A DNA stretch of 64,000 nucleotides from a virus (IMGVR_UViG_2595698868_000001:96001-160000); one strand, 5' to 3'. Counted from the stretch's first letter, positions 26,233 through 36,891 are shown. Made by a program: numbers and translations. The notes: a model not told the origin generated them from the sequence alone.

Positions 26233-27330
26233 TTACTCTTCGTCGGCGTTACGAGGCCCCTTTTCGGAGATGGACAGACGGCTGTGCCCTTCGCCGACCT
26301 TCGTGAAGTCTTCGACAGGGATGCCTGCTGCGCGCATTGCTTCCACGTCATAGGTCTTGCGACCCTTCACCCAGGAGATCGAGACCTTGGCGACATCGGG
26401 TACCTCGACACGCCGAACCCCAACGTCGCTGAACCATTGCTTAAGCTTCTCTGAAGCCAGCTTGTGCTCAGCTTCCGCAGCCTTCTTCGCAGCGGACGCC
26501 GCCCGCTCATCGCGAATAAGGCTCTCGGCCTCTTCCATCAGCGCGAGCGAAGTGTTCTTCGCGTTCGCCTCCCCTTCCGTGGGGGTCGCGCGGCCGTTGG
26601 CCTTCGCGCACTCGGTGGTGAACGGGCAGTATTCGCAACCGCCGTCCACCTTGCCCTCGGAGAAGATTTCGCTGACGTTCTTGATCTCGTAGACCGACCG
26701 GGCGCGCGCCTTCGCGGCGTCGTAGGTCTTCTGGTCGAACGGGACGACGAAGATTTCGATATCGTCGAAGAAGCTGGCGTCGACGTAGACGATCACAGCA
26801 TAGTTCGGGCGATACTCCGTCGTCTCGCGGGTGATTCCCATTTGAACGATCGTTTGACCCCGGTGAATCGCCTTCTCCTCCTTCAAGTTCACGCGCGGGT
26901 CGATGGACTTGATTTCGAAGTTGAAGCAGCCGGTGCCGCCCAGGGACGGGATGCCGTAGAGTTCCAGGGCATCGTCGTCAGCATCGACCACCAGACCGTC
27001 GGGCGTCGCCGTCAGAGGCGCATCAGGAGCCTTGAGCGTCTTCTGGTCCTGGCCGCCCCAGATCAGGCGGGCGTCGTTGTAGTAGGTCTCCAGGAACCAC
27101 TTGATCGCGGGCTCGGCGAAGTGACCTTCGATCAGGTCCCCGCGTTGCAGCGCGCCCCACGACTCCTTATAGTCGGCGTTCTTGGGATAGTTGTTCTTCG
27201 AGAACCAGACCTTACGGAGGCAACCGAAGGCTTCCGAGGCGCCGACCGTCTTGGAACGATCGTGAGCCCAGACCTTCTGGTGGCTCTTCACGTAGGTGTC
27301 GTAGCCCTCGAAAAAGTCGATAGCGGCCAT
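26233..27330 (-). CDS. PD-(D/E)XK (Cas4-like) exonuclease
   Basis: GASEAFGCLR, ATPDG, FEIKS, CEYCPF...C. Confidence 0.75.
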   Translation of the reverse strand: MAAIDFFEGYDTYVKSHQKVWAHDRSKTVGASEAFGCLRKVWFSKNNYPKNADYKESWGALQRGDLIEGHFAEPAIKWFLETYYNDARLIWGGQDQKTLKAPDAPLTATPDGLVVDADDDALELYGIPSLGGTGCFNFEIKSIDPRVNLKEEKAIHRGQTIVQMGITRETTEYRPNYAVIVYVDASFFDDIEIFVVPFDQKTYDAAKARARSVYEIKNVSEIFSEGKVDGGCEYCPFTTECAKANGRATPTEGEANAKNTSLALMEEAESLIRDERAASAAKKAAEAEHKLASEKLKQWFSDVGVRRVEVPDVAKVSISWVKGRKTYDVEAMRAAGIPVEDFTKVGEGHSRLSISEKGPRNADEE

Positions 27331-27342
27331 GAAAGGTGACTC

Positions 27343-27438
27343 CTAGGCGGGACGGAGATCGTCGTCGTCGTGGTCGAACAGCGACGCGAAGATGAGGAGG
27401 GCGAGCAGCAGCCCGGCGATCTGAAGGCCCCAGGTCAT
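27343..27438 (-). CDS. Small membrane peptide (31 aa)
   Basis: MTWGLQIAGLLLALLIFASLFDHDDDD; ATGA overlap. Confidence 0.45.
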   Translation of the reverse strand: MTWGLQIAGLLLALLIFASLFDHDDDDLRPA

Positions 27439-28043
27439 TCGGGAGCCGGCGAAGTCGCCGCCTGCTTGAGGTCGAAAAGGTGGAAGAAGAGGTCGCGGCA
27501 GTCGATCACGTCGCCGATGGCTTGGTGGGCGTCGGTCGGTTCACGGCCGAGCAGGTGGGGAATCGCTTGCTCCAGCTTGGGCCACGCGAACTCACCGCTA
27601 CGCTTCCACTTGCTCGGGAACTTGCAGACCGGCGTCGCCGCCAGCATGGTGCAGAAGGTCTTCTTTTCGGCGAAGACGTTCAGCACCGGGTTGCCCGAGA
27701 TCAGGCGCGCGGCGTTGTTGATGACGTTGATGTCGAACTCGATGTTGTGCGCGACTACCAGATCGGAGCCGAGGAGCATGTCGCAGAAGATGTCCAGCGC
27801 CGGGTCTTCGAAGACGCCGAACTTTTGAGACACTTCGGTGGACGTGCCGTGGACCTTCACCGAGGCCTCCGGAATCTCCTCCTTGCGATAGACGATCAGG
27901 TTGATGCTCTGGAGGACGCGGCGGGTAGCCGGGTCCACCTGCATCGCCGCAAGCTGGACGATGCGCGGCTGATCTTCGTGGCCGCAGGGCAGGTTCTTGT
28001 CCCAGAGGCCGGTGGTTTCGGTGTCGAAGAACAGGATCGCCAT
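27435..28043 (-). CDS. DEDDh 3'-5' exonuclease (DnaQ-like)
   Basis: FFDTETTG, VAHNIEFD, AHQAIGD. Confidence 0.9.
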   Translation of the reverse strand: MAILFFDTETTGLWDKNLPCGHEDQPRIVQLAAMQVDPATRRVLQSINLIVYRKEEIPEASVKVHGTSTEVSQKFGVFEDPALDIFCDMLLGSDLVVAHNIEFDINVINNAARLISGNPVLNVFAEKKTFCTMLAATPVCKFPSKWKRSGEFAWPKLEQAIPHLLGREPTDAHQAIGDVIDCRDLFFHLFDLKQAATSPAPE

Positions 28044-28045
28044 GA

Positions 28046-28477
28046 TTAACGACCACCCTTCGGCGGATCGGTGCGATTCATGCGATCGCGCAGGTAGGTG
28101 ACAGCGGAGAGGTCAGCCACATCGATCTTGATGTTCGAGGTGACGCCGATGACCGGCTCCTCTTCGCTCTTGGCCTCTGCGCGGAACGGCGCGAGCGCAT
28201 AGGCGAAGAATTCCGCCCAGGCGCGGATCGTGGCGTAGACCGCGTAGTCGATCAGGATGGCGACGCCATAGAAGATCAGCCAGAAGAGGCCGAGAACGAT
28301 CGCGCTCTTGCGCAGGAAGGCGACGGTGTCGGCTGCGAACCAGTGCAGCCAAACATGACTGGTGTGGGCGCCGAAGTAGGCCAGAATGACGACGATCGCG
28401 GTAATCGTCAGCATGTTGGCATACCCGTCAGCCTCGCGCTTGAGGCTCGTGATGAAGGGGGTCGGGTCGGGGGTCAT
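28046..28477 (-). CDS. Hypothetical membrane protein
   Basis: Two hydrophobic helices. Confidence 0.6.
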   Translation of the reverse strand: MTPDPTPFITSLKREADGYANMLTITAIVVILAYFGAHTSHVWLHWFAADTVAFLRKSAIVLGLFWLIFYGVAILIDYAVYATIRAWAEFFAYALAPFRAEAKSEEEPVIGVTSNIKIDVADLSAVTYLRDRMNRTDPPKGGR

Positions 28478-28554
28478 GTCGTTCTCGGAGGAGGCCCTTG
28501 TTAACCATACTGGCGCCGGGGTGTCAATAATCCTGGCCGCGAAATGTGACTCGT

Positions 28555-30921
28555 TTAGTGCGTGTCAGACCACCGATTACCGAACTGCACATCCACGTCG
28601 ACGGGGCAGCGGAAACCGAACTGCATACCGGCGTCGTAGGCAGCCGTGGTGATGTTGCGCTTGCAGATTTCCATGATTTCTGGATCATCGCGGACCGCGA
28701 CCTGGAGTTCGTCGTGAATCCACGCCAGGATGGCGAAGTGCCCATCCCATCCGTGGATCAGCCCGTCCTCCAAGCAGTAGTCGTAGAAGTTCACGCACCA
28801 CTGCTTGGCGATGGTCGCGCCGGCGCCTTGCAGCAGCGTGTTCAATGCGGCGTGCTGGGCGCGGACGAACAACTTGCGACCGTCCAAGGCATCCAGCATG
28901 CCAGACTTGGCCTCGCGCTGGATGTTCTTGACGACCTGACCCAGAGCGGGAATGCGCGTCATCAGGCGGCGGCGCATTTCGGCCCCGACGCGCTTGGCTT
29001 CCTGCGGCTTCATCGCCAGCGCCGGGTCGATGACGGTGCCCAGCTTGAAGTCCTGGGCGCCGTAGATCAGCGCGTAGATGAAGGTCTTGGCGGTGTCGCG
29101 GCTCTGGAGTTCCAGCGCGGCCGTGTGCAGGTCGTGGGGGTCGGAGTCAACAACCAGCTTGGCATAGACGCCGTTATCGAACTCGGCCATGAAGTGGCCG
29201 AGCGCACGCAGTTCAATGCCCTTTTGGTCGGCGCCCATGAGCTTCCAGCCCTTGGGGACATAGAAGAGCTTCCGGCAGTCGTAACCATGATCGCCGATGC
29301 GTCCGGTCAGCTTCTGCTTCTTGGTCTCGACCTTACCCTCGGCGTCCAGCACGAACTCGCCATGCTCGTCACGCTTGGGCGTGCCGAACAGTTGCTTGCC
29401 GTCAGGACCGCACAGCGGCGTCAGGTTCTCATCGTAGCCGATTTCCTCGCCGGCCTCGTTGAGGATCGGGATGCCGTAGATGATCTTGCCCAAGCGGAAG
29501 CGCGGCACGACGCCTTCTTCCACCCACTGCGCCAGCTTCTTGAAGACGACGCGCGGGACCTGCGCGATATTGGGATCGCTATGCGATGCACGATTCGTGA
29601 CTGTTCCGCCCACGTTGAAACGCGGGTGGATGCAGCCGTCATTACGCTCCATCGCCTTGCCGATCCAGCCGTTCTTGCCATCAACAAGCTGCCCAAGGCG
29701 CTTGTTCAGGTAGAACAGTTCGGCCAGTTCGTCGCAGATCGGGATCGTATGCGCCAGATCGCGCAGGACTTCGTCGTTAACCGCCGGCTGGCCGGTTTCC
29801 GTGAAGTCCTGAGGTTCCCACTGGTAGTTGAACTTCAAGCGGTCGATGATCTGCGGACGGCTGCCGGGGTTGAAGTCGGTGAGTTCCACCGGGCAGTACG
29901 GGCAACCTTCGGTGCGGTCGCCGCCCTTAGACCAGTCCTTGAACTTGACCGACTTCTTAGGGACCGTGATGTCGGCCCAGGCTTCACGCGAGTTGTCTTC
30001 GCCGTATTCGGTCTGCGGACGATAGGCAACCTTGGTCTTGAGCGGCTTGCCGTCGTCACCCAGGACAGGCTGGCCCGCCTCGTTGAGGACGGGCGTCGTG
30101 TACTCCTTGCCGATGACCTTTCGCTTGGACGGAATCCACCACTTGCCGAAGTGGGCGACAGCCTTGGCTTCCTTGACCTCGACTTCGGCGCGCAGTTCGG
30201 CTTCCAGTTCGCGGGCGGCATCGATGTCGAACGGGAAGCCGTTGTCGGTGACCTCGGCCATCAGCGCGTGGATGCGGTGCTCCAGCGTGATCGCGTCGTC
30301 CGAGTGGCGGCGCGGGTTGGCGACCATCAGGTGCCAGAGGGCTTCGTTGACGTTCAAGTCCTGAACGCAGTAGTCCTCCATCTCCTGGTTCCATTCGGAC
30401 CAGACGAGGCGGGTGACTTCGTCCTTGGCGAGGCCGGGATAGTTGGCCTTGATCTCCTCAGCCTTGGCCTTGGAGTAGTCGCCCTTGTGCAGGCCCAGAC
30501 GCTGACCCCAGGCTTCCAGGCCGTGACGACCGATCTGACCGCCGTCCAGTTCGCCACGCTTCCAGCGGCGGAAGTCCCGCTCCTTCTCGTCGGCGAAGAA
30601 GACGCGACTCAACACCATCGTGTCGCGGATCAGGGCGTTGACCTGGAACTCCGGATAGAAGAGTTCCAGCGCCGGGATATCGAACTCGACGATGTTGTGG
30701 CCGACGAGAACCTCGGCCTCGTTCAGCATCTGGATGCCGCGCGGGATGGTGTTCGTGCGCTTGTTCTGGCGGAAGACGTAGGTCTGCCGCGTGTCCAGGT
30801 CGCGGATCGCGAGGATATGGACACGCGACTTGACGGGATCGTCGCGATTGGCGCGCAGGTAGTCAAGAAGGCCCGTCGTTTCGATATCGAACAGGTAGCG
30901 CTTGCCGGCAGGGATGTACAT
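28555..30921 (-). CDS. Family A DNA polymerase, T7-like
   Basis: FDIETTG, GHNIVEFD, DQKGIELR, AKTFIYALIYG, LNTLLQG, IHDELQ. Confidence 0.95.
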   Translation of the reverse strand: MYIPAGKRYLFDIETTGLLDYLRANRDDPVKSRVHILAIRDLDTRQTYVFRQNKRTNTIPRGIQMLNEAEVLVGHNIVEFDIPALELFYPEFQVNALIRDTMVLSRVFFADEKERDFRRWKRGELDGGQIGRHGLEAWGQRLGLHKGDYSKAKAEEIKANYPGLAKDEVTRLVWSEWNQEMEDYCVQDLNVNEALWHLMVANPRRHSDDAITLEHRIHALMAEVTDNGFPFDIDAARELEAELRAEVEVKEAKAVAHFGKWWIPSKRKVIGKEYTTPVLNEAGQPVLGDDGKPLKTKVAYRPQTEYGEDNSREAWADITVPKKSVKFKDWSKGGDRTEGCPYCPVELTDFNPGSRPQIIDRLKFNYQWEPQDFTETGQPAVNDEVLRDLAHTIPICDELAELFYLNKRLGQLVDGKNGWIGKAMERNDGCIHPRFNVGGTVTNRASHSDPNIAQVPRVVFKKLAQWVEEGVVPRFRLGKIIYGIPILNEAGEEIGYDENLTPLCGPDGKQLFGTPKRDEHGEFVLDAEGKVETKKQKLTGRIGDHGYDCRKLFYVPKGWKLMGADQKGIELRALGHFMAEFDNGVYAKLVVDSDPHDLHTAALELQSRDTAKTFIYALIYGAQDFKLGTVIDPALAMKPQEAKRVGAEMRRRLMTRIPALGQVVKNIQREAKSGMLDALDGRKLFVRAQHAALNTLLQGAGATIAKQWCVNFYDYCLEDGLIHGWDGHFAILAWIHDELQVAVRDDPEIMEICKRNITTAAYDAGMQFGFRCPVDVDVQFGNRWSDTH

Positions 30922-31961
30922 TAGGCGCGAGCCTCATGAAGGGCGCGGGCCACGCGTTCGCCGATGAAGCGCACGACGGGAACCGCCAGCGAGTTGCCAA
31001 TGGCGTAAAGGCGTTGGTCGCGGGTGGCGCCGGGGATGTCGGTGTAGCCGGGCGGCATGCCCATCAACACCTCGCACTCCTCCGGCATGATCACGCGGAT
31101 GTCGTAGCGGTCGGCGCCGCGATCCTTGCAGAGCACGTAGGCCTTGGACGATCCGCCTCCGGTGGTGCGCAGGCAGTTCGAGAGGGTGTCGCCTTGTTCG
31201 ATCTGCTGGCCGCTGAAGCCCTTGATCAGTCGACCACGGATGGCGATACGGTAAGCCGGGGCTTCAGTCCCTCCGTCAGTTCCGGGGAGAGATTCCGACC
31301 AGCGCTCCGCGCGTTCGCCAGCAGCGTCGCCTTCCGCTCGTTGCTCAAATAGGATGTCTCGGGGATCGATTCCGCCACGAGGGCACGCTGCAACGAAGAG
31401 GCGCGGCCGAGATTGGGCGAGGCCGAAATGTTGAGCGTCCAGGAGTCGCCATGCAACGGACCGCTTCGGCCCAAGCACGTAACCAGCGTTCGACCACCGA
31501 GACCCTGGCGGTCCTGGCGGGACGAGGGCGTCACCAAATTCTCCGCAGAGTTGAGCGAGGAATTGTCCGAAGGCGTTGTCGTCATCAGAGAGGAGGCCCT
31601 TGACGTTTTCGAAGATGAAGACCGGCGGGTCGATCTCATCGACGATGCGCAGGCCGGCGAGGGTGAGGATGCCGCGCGAACCGTTCAGGCCCTTCTTCTT
31701 GCCGGCGTCACTGAAGTCCTGGCAGGGAAACGAAGCCCAGAGCGCGTCGATTTTTCCGCGATAGGGGTAGCCGTCGATTTGCAGGATATCGCCCAGGTTC
31801 GGAACCGTGGGGTGACGCTCCTTGAGGAAGCGCGTAGGGAACGCGGCATTATCGGCTACGAAGCGCGGTTCATCCTCGAACCCAAGGCCCTTGAAGGCTA
31901 GGGAGGGGATTTCCACGCCCGAGCAGAGCGTACCGAGTGTGAGGAGAGGGAAGGTGGTCAT
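30921..31961 (-). CDS. C5-cytosine DNA methyltransferase
   Basis: FPCQDFS, FENVKGL, QSRPRLF, IGNS. Confidence 0.9.
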   Translation of the reverse strand: MTTFPLLTLGTLCSGVEIPSLAFKGLGFEDEPRFVADNAAFPTRFLKERHPTVPNLGDILQIDGYPYRGKIDALWASFPCQDFSDAGKKKGLNGSRGILTLAGLRIVDEIDPPVFIFENVKGLLSDDDNAFGQFLAQLCGEFGDALVPPGPPGSRWSNAGYVLGPKRSVAWRLLDAQHFGLAQSRPRLFVAACPRGGIDPRDILFEQRAEGDAAGERAERWSESLPGTDGGTEAPAYRIAIRGRLIKGFSGQQIEQGDTLSNCLRTTGGGSSKAYVLCKDRGADRYDIRVIMPEECEVLMGMPPGYTDIPGATRDQRLYAIGNSLAVPVVRFIGERVARALHEARA

Positions 31962-32020
31962 CGGGGCCGGTATGGTTAACGGGTGCCAGGATTCCTGTCA
32001 AGTCGGTGACAGGCAGGCCG

Positions 32021-32800
32021 TCACTGAATCTTGCCGGGCCACACCTTGTCCGCGTAGTGAAGCAACTTCTCGACGAACGACTGCTTGGCCGATCCGGAGA
32101 CGAAGAACGTCATCCCCGTCGGCCAGCCCGAGGGCAGCCCCAGGAACTGGAGCGGTGCATCCATCATCGTGAAGTGGTGGGCGACGAAGGAAGCGATCTC
32201 GTTCCACGCCAGCGCATAGGTATGCTCACCGAACCGGCGCTGGTTGTTCTCGTCGTAGAAGCCGAGGCCCAGGCGAATCTTGTTCAGGCCCGCATCGAAG
32301 GCCATCCAAACGAAGCGGCCGTCGGTGAGGTTCGCGTCTTCGACTTCCCAATCCAGAGGATGCGGAAAGACCGCGAGCTTGACGTCGCGGAGCGCGGCGG
32401 CGAACTTCCGACGGAAGCCTTCCTGATCCAGGCGCGTGGTATCTTGAGCGACGAGGTACTGACCCACGTACAGCGGGATGTACTGATGAGTCAGCAATTG
32501 CTCGTGGAAGTTGACGTCCATCGTCGAGGAGAACGGATGGATGCGCGGACGCTTCTCGTCCACGAGTTCGAACCCGCCTCCGTTTTCGAGCCATTCGGCC
32601 AGCGGCTCGATATGGAACTCGTGGACGTTAGGGCCGGCGATGTGGGCGCGCTGAAGGCCGGTCTTGGTTTCGTTGCCGAAGCCGATCTGGATGTGATTGG
32701 CCTCGGTGAAGTGGAGAGCGTAGATGAAGGAGATGGAGACGCGAGCCGATTGGATCAGCACGCGCTCGTAGCCGTCGAGGATATCGCTCACAGGCGCCAC
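32021..32800 (-). CDS. Hypothetical protein
   Basis: 259-aa co-oriented ORF. Confidence 0.6.
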   Translation of the reverse strand: MAPVSDILDGYERVLIQSARVSISFIYALHFTEANHIQIGFGNETKTGLQRAHIAGPNVHEFHIEPLAEWLENGGGFELVDEKRPRIHPFSSTMDVNFHEQLLTHQYIPLYVGQYLVAQDTTRLDQEGFRRKFAAALRDVKLAVFPHPLDWEVEDANLTDGRFVWMAFDAGLNKIRLGLGFYDENNQRRFGEHTYALAWNEIASFVAHHFTMMDAPLQFLGLPSGWPTGMTFFVSGSAKQSFVEKLLHYADKVWPGKIQ

Positions 32801-34620
32801 TTTCCGTTGTTCATGGTGAGGATCGCACGCTTCCCGTTCTGATAGGTAATGACATGCGATTGCGACCAGGACGACAGGCCCTTGTTGTAGCCCATGTCCA
32901 GCTTAGACGAGGTGCCCGAGGTATAGATGCCGTCGTGGATTTCGCACGAGTGGGTATGTCCAGTCGTCGCCTTCGGCCCCATCTTGGTGAAGGCTCGCGG
33001 ATTGCCACGGGCGCCGTTAGCGCCCAGGTGTCCGTGCATGCCCTTCTCGATGTCCAGGACCCGGAACGACTGATCTTCGCGAAGGAACTCGACGCCGGCG
33101 CAAGGCGTCTTTTCGAAGAACGTCGTCAGGACGTGGTTGAAGATCGAGAACTTCTTGGCCTTCTCGGCGATCTCGGGATCGCTGCTCTTCTTGTCGCGGA
33201 TCGCCTTGTAGGAGGCCAGTTGGCATTCCAGGAAAAAGATCGCGTTGGGAGGGTCTTGACGGTAGTCGGCTTCCTTGAGCCAGCGCTTCAGCGCCAGATC
33301 GTGGTTCGACTCGACGATCACCGTCTGGCAGAAGTCACGCTTCGTGTTGTCGATGAAGTAGGCGACCTCACGCAGTTCTTCTTCCACCAAGTCCACACCT
33401 TCGATGAACAACTCGAACATGTGGTGGGCGTCGCGGATGTTGTGGTGGTTGCGCGACTGGAAGTCGGCGACGTCGTGGAAGAACTGGTACTTAGGGCGCA
33501 GCACGTCAATCAGAGGCGTCTCCGCCAAACGTGACTCTCGCATGTCGATCCAGACGCGCGAGCCGTTCAGACCGACTTGCTCGGTCGGCGCGATACCGAA
33601 GCAGGTCTCGCTGACAACCGGGTCGATCTGTGCGACGTGCAGGTCGCCCCAATTCACCGCTTCGATGCGGTGACCGTGAGTGACCTCCGCGACGTTCTTG
33701 TACTCCAGGTAGTCGTCCGGGAACGACATACGCTCGTAGCTGCCGTCCGCGAAGGCTTCCCAATACCGGCTAGTCGCTTCGCGCTTCTCGGCGCGGCGCT
33801 CTTCGCGCTCTTCCTCGGTCAGCGGCGCCTTGTGCATCTCAACACGGGTGTCGAGGTCGTAGAAGGAGCCGTCGGCTTCGCCCAGGAGGTGACGACAGAA
33901 GAACGTACCGTCTGCCGCGATCTCGACCAGCACCGCGCCCAGGGCGTGGTGGAACGAAGCTTCGATGCCGGCGCGCATCGGAATGTAGTTAGGCTTGGTG
34001 ACCGCGCCGGTGGTCATGATGATCTTCGCCGGCTCGTGCTTCATGGTCGGCACGGACTTCAACTGCACCTTGGCGTGGGGAATGATGCCCCAGCGGTGGC
34101 GCGTGTAGGTCTCGAAGCCTTGAAGCGGCGACTTCGCGGTCGGACGCGTGTTCATCTCGCCGCAGAAGTCGATGCCGTCGCCCAGGCGGATGCGCTCCTG
34201 GACACGGTACTGGTTGATCCAGGGATGCCAGTACGGCACCTTCTTGGGATCGTTGTTACCGAAGAGGCGCTTGCTGTAGGTGAAGCCGGCGACGATCAGT
34301 TCGCAGGGGCCGAGCGCCTGAAGGCTGTCGCGGTAGGCTTCCAGCGCCGCCAGGAACTCGTAGTGGAGTTCGGTGCTCTCCTGGGCCGACGTCAGGATGA
34401 AGCGCGCCACCGGTTCGCTGATTTGGCGGACCGTGGTCGACGGCGCTGGGCGATGGGTGAAGCCGCCCTCGGCCGCCTTCGCCAGACGCAGTTGAAGGGT
34501 AGAGCGCGGCACGCCATACTTGCGAGAGAAGGCGCGCTGCCCGCCGATCTTGTTGACCAGTTCGGCCAGCTTGTCGGGGGTGACCGAATCAAGGTCGAAG
34601 GTCGGGGACTTAGCCGGCAT
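32788..34620 (-). CDS. HTH + metallophosphoesterase protein (T5 A1-like)
   Basis: N-term HTH; GDLH, HD, SNHD, HGH, GHTH metal motifs. The A1 label is from recollection. Confidence 0.65.
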   Translation of the reverse strand: MPAKSPTFDLDSVTPDKLAELVNKIGGQRAFSRKYGVPRSTLQLRLAKAAEGGFTHRPAPSTTVRQISEPVARFILTSAQESTELHYEFLAALEAYRDSLQALGPCELIVAGFTYSKRLFGNNDPKKVPYWHPWINQYRVQERIRLGDGIDFCGEMNTRPTAKSPLQGFETYTRHRWGIIPHAKVQLKSVPTMKHEPAKIIMTTGAVTKPNYIPMRAGIEASFHHALGAVLVEIAADGTFFCRHLLGEADGSFYDLDTRVEMHKAPLTEEEREERRAEKREATSRYWEAFADGSYERMSFPDDYLEYKNVAEVTHGHRIEAVNWGDLHVAQIDPVVSETCFGIAPTEQVGLNGSRVWIDMRESRLAETPLIDVLRPKYQFFHDVADFQSRNHHNIRDAHHMFELFIEGVDLVEEELREVAYFIDNTKRDFCQTVIVESNHDLALKRWLKEADYRQDPPNAIFFLECQLASYKAIRDKKSSDPEIAEKAKKFSIFNHVLTTFFEKTPCAGVEFLREDQSFRVLDIEKGMHGHLGANGARGNPRAFTKMGPKATTGHTHSCEIHDGIYTSGTSSKLDMGYNKGLSSWSQSHVITYQNGKRAILTMNNGKWRL

Positions 34621-35365
34621 AGAACATCTCAGCCTTGGCGTGGGGAAGCGTCTGAGCCTTCTGCCAGTCCCACACGTAGAACGCGTAGGAGAAGCGCGGG
34701 CTCGCGGACTTTTCGCCTTCCTTCTTCTCGACCCAGACCGGGCGGAAGCGCAGGGTGATCTTGGCGGCGAAGGCGGGGTGGTCGATCAGGTCGGCGCGCC
34801 CCTTGGCGGCGTCCCATTCGTGGCGCATCAGGAAGGCGACGTAGCCGTGCTGCGCTTCCATCAGTTCGAGGGCCTTGCGGACCGCGCGATCGGTATCCTT
34901 GCCGTAGGGCGGGTTGGAGATGATGCAGTCAGGCGTGAAGCCTAGCATCTCGGTGATCTCCGAGAACGGGCGCGGGCGGACCGGTGCAGGCTCGGCACCC
35001 AGCCAGACGCCGTCGTCGCCAGTGTTCTTGTCGATCAGACGCTCCCACGCAGCCAAGGCGCTGTCGAACGCCTCGCCATCCGGGTAGATGCTGAAAAAGT
35101 CGACCAGCCCATGGAGGTCCAGACCATCGTATTGGACGATGTCCGTGGCGCCGGCGGAACGGCAGTAATTCTTGATGATGTGGTAGATGGCACCGTTACC
35201 TGCGAACGGTTCCCAGAATTGCATCGCCTCCAGATCGTCCTCGACGACCGAGACGTACGCATTCGTCGCTCGGGCCGGGGTGGGATAATGATCAAGGGGA
35301 GCACGCGCGTAGTTCGTGCCGCCCAGCATGGAAGGGTCCTTACGACCCGTGTCGGTGATAGCCAT
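34610..35365 (-). CDS. Amino (N6A/N4C) DNA methyltransferase
   Basis: DHYPTP, WEPFAGNG, ISNPPY. Confidence 0.8.
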   Translation of the reverse strand: MAITDTGRKDPSMLGGTNYARAPLDHYPTPARATNAYVSVVEDDLEAMQFWEPFAGNGAIYHIIKNYCRSAGATDIVQYDGLDLHGLVDFFSIYPDGEAFDSALAAWERLIDKNTGDDGVWLGAEPAPVRPRPFSEITEMLGFTPDCIISNPPYGKDTDRAVRKALELMEAQHGYVAFLMRHEWDAAKGRADLIDHPAFAAKITLRFRPVWVEKKEGEKSASPRFSYAFYVWDWQKAQTLPHAKAEMFYAG

Positions 35366-35674
35366 GCCGGGATAACTGGCATGGTTAACCGAAAGCGTCA
35401 AGAATCCTGGCATTTCTCTCCAGGCTTGACCGTTACGGCCCTTACGGATAGGGAATAATCAACCGAGGCGGGTCCACCACACCAACCGCGCGCCTCACGC
35501 TCTGCGCGCGAATTTGACCGTAACTCGAAGTGGCCGGACGCCTCAGGTGGAGGAGGCTAAGGCAATGGGCGAAGGACGGGTGCGGCGAGCGTATAATTGA
35601 GGCCGGCTGAAGTTAGCTGGGAATGTAGGTGTCCTGCCACCGTTCCCACGATGCGCGGAATCGACAGGTCCGTG

Positions 35675-36208
35675 TGACGCGAACGCCGGCCGAGAATAGA
35701 CGACAAGGCGTGACGCCCGGAGAGAGTGCCGGACTTCTTGACACGAAGAACTAGATCGTAGACACCTTGGGCCGACTAGGGGACCTGGGGTGGTGCGAAT
35801 GGGCTTCCACCTACAGTCATCTGGCAGCCTCTGGGACCCCAGGCTGTCAGGCTCAACGGTGATGAGATGCCAACGGCTGGCTGGAATGCCGATATCACCT
35901 GACGCGAACGCCGGCCGAGACGATACGACCAGGGCGTGACGGGGGCCAGAGGCCTCAATCCATTACTTGACCGGCGCCGGGAGTTCTGGCATCCAGGCTG
36001 TGATGTCTCAGGAGCCTCCGTTCCTGAGGGACCTATTCAGGCGATCGTGACCGTCTCAAGGGTGCTGTCCTGCGAGAAGATCGTGAGCCCGCGTATGAGA
36101 CGTCATTTACGCGCGGGACACCCATGGTGGAAGGGAGCCGCTATGTGGCCCACCTGACGCGAACGCCGGCCGAAAAGTACGATCAGGCGTGACGGGGGCC
36201 AGAGGCCC
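35675..36208 (+). repeat. Three copies of a ~58-nt structured RNA module (35675-35732, 35896-35956, 36151-36208)
   Basis: TGACGCGAACGCCGGCCGA...GGCGTGACG plus a hairpin, separated by unique sequence. Confidence 0.85.
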
Positions 36209-36215
36209 TACACCT

Positions 36216-36302
36216 GCTACGGTGGACTGAGTGGTAAGGCGTGGGACTGCAAATCCCGCTGGCGAAAGCCTATCGTGGGTTCGATTCCCACTCGTAGCTC
36301 CA
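36216..36302 (+). tRNA. tRNA-Cys(GCA) with long variable arm
   Basis: GCTACGG/TCGTAGC acceptor, TGGGA-CTGCAAA-TCCCG, GGC-GAAA-GCC extra arm, T arm, U73-CCA. Confidence 0.85.
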
Positions 36303-36321
36303 AAATTCCTGACATTTTTCT

Positions 36322-36360
36322 GCCAGCCTGCTTGACAAGCCGAAAAGCGTCCGGTACACA
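36322..36360 (+). promoter_or_regulatory. Promoter of tmRNA
   Basis: GCCAG-N5-TTGACA-N17-TACACA. Confidence 0.55.
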
Positions 36361-36366
36361 CCTCTC

Positions 36367-36712
36367 ATCGTCGTAATACGGCATACACGATTGGCGGCAA
36401 GACAGGGGTGCGATTCCCCTCGCCTCCACCAAGACCCCACCGGCCGGTGCTTCGGCGCCGCGATCTGCCCCAGCGACAGATCGAAATCTGAACGGTGCGG
36501 TGGGGTCCTGATGGGGGCGATCAGTTTCGATTGGCGCTGTGACTGGAAGACGCGACGTAGGGTGACCTCCTGGCTTAGGCTTCGGCCGAGGTAATTGGGT
36601 CAACGCTGACAAATGTCAACGACAACGACGCTCCCGTGATGGAGCAACTGCTGGCGGCCTAACGGCCTAAAGCGGCGCCCGGCGGGGGCGTGTCAACAGA
36701 ACCCCGCCACCC
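36367..36712 (+). ncRNA. ssrA: Circularly permuted (two-piece) tmRNA
   Basis: Acceptor piece with T arm and CGCCTCC-ACCA (to 36431); hairpin intervening segment; coding piece starts GGGGGCG (36513) giving G3-U70; tag frame VNDNDAPVMEQLLAA* at 36615-36662. Outer ends approximate. Confidence 0.9.
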
Positions 36713-36891
36713 TGCTTCCGCAGCCGGAGGCGACGACAACTAACGGCATGATCTGTCGGCAACCGATCAACCAGTTTTCGTCTCCGGCTTCGCAAGTAGG
36801 TTTGGGGAGTAGTCCTCCGAGGGATCGGAGTATAACGCTCTCCGGGGAGGCGCCTGGGACCATCCAGCCCAGACCGTCTCCCGAATTTTAT

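Noticed and set aside
26233-27330. Cas4 as evidence of CRISPR-Cas
   Set aside because: It is a solo PD-(D/E)XK nuclease in a replication module, which is common in phages.
30921-35365. Restriction-modification system
   Set aside because: Two methyltransferases are present but no recognisable cognate endonuclease; orphan phage MTases are common.
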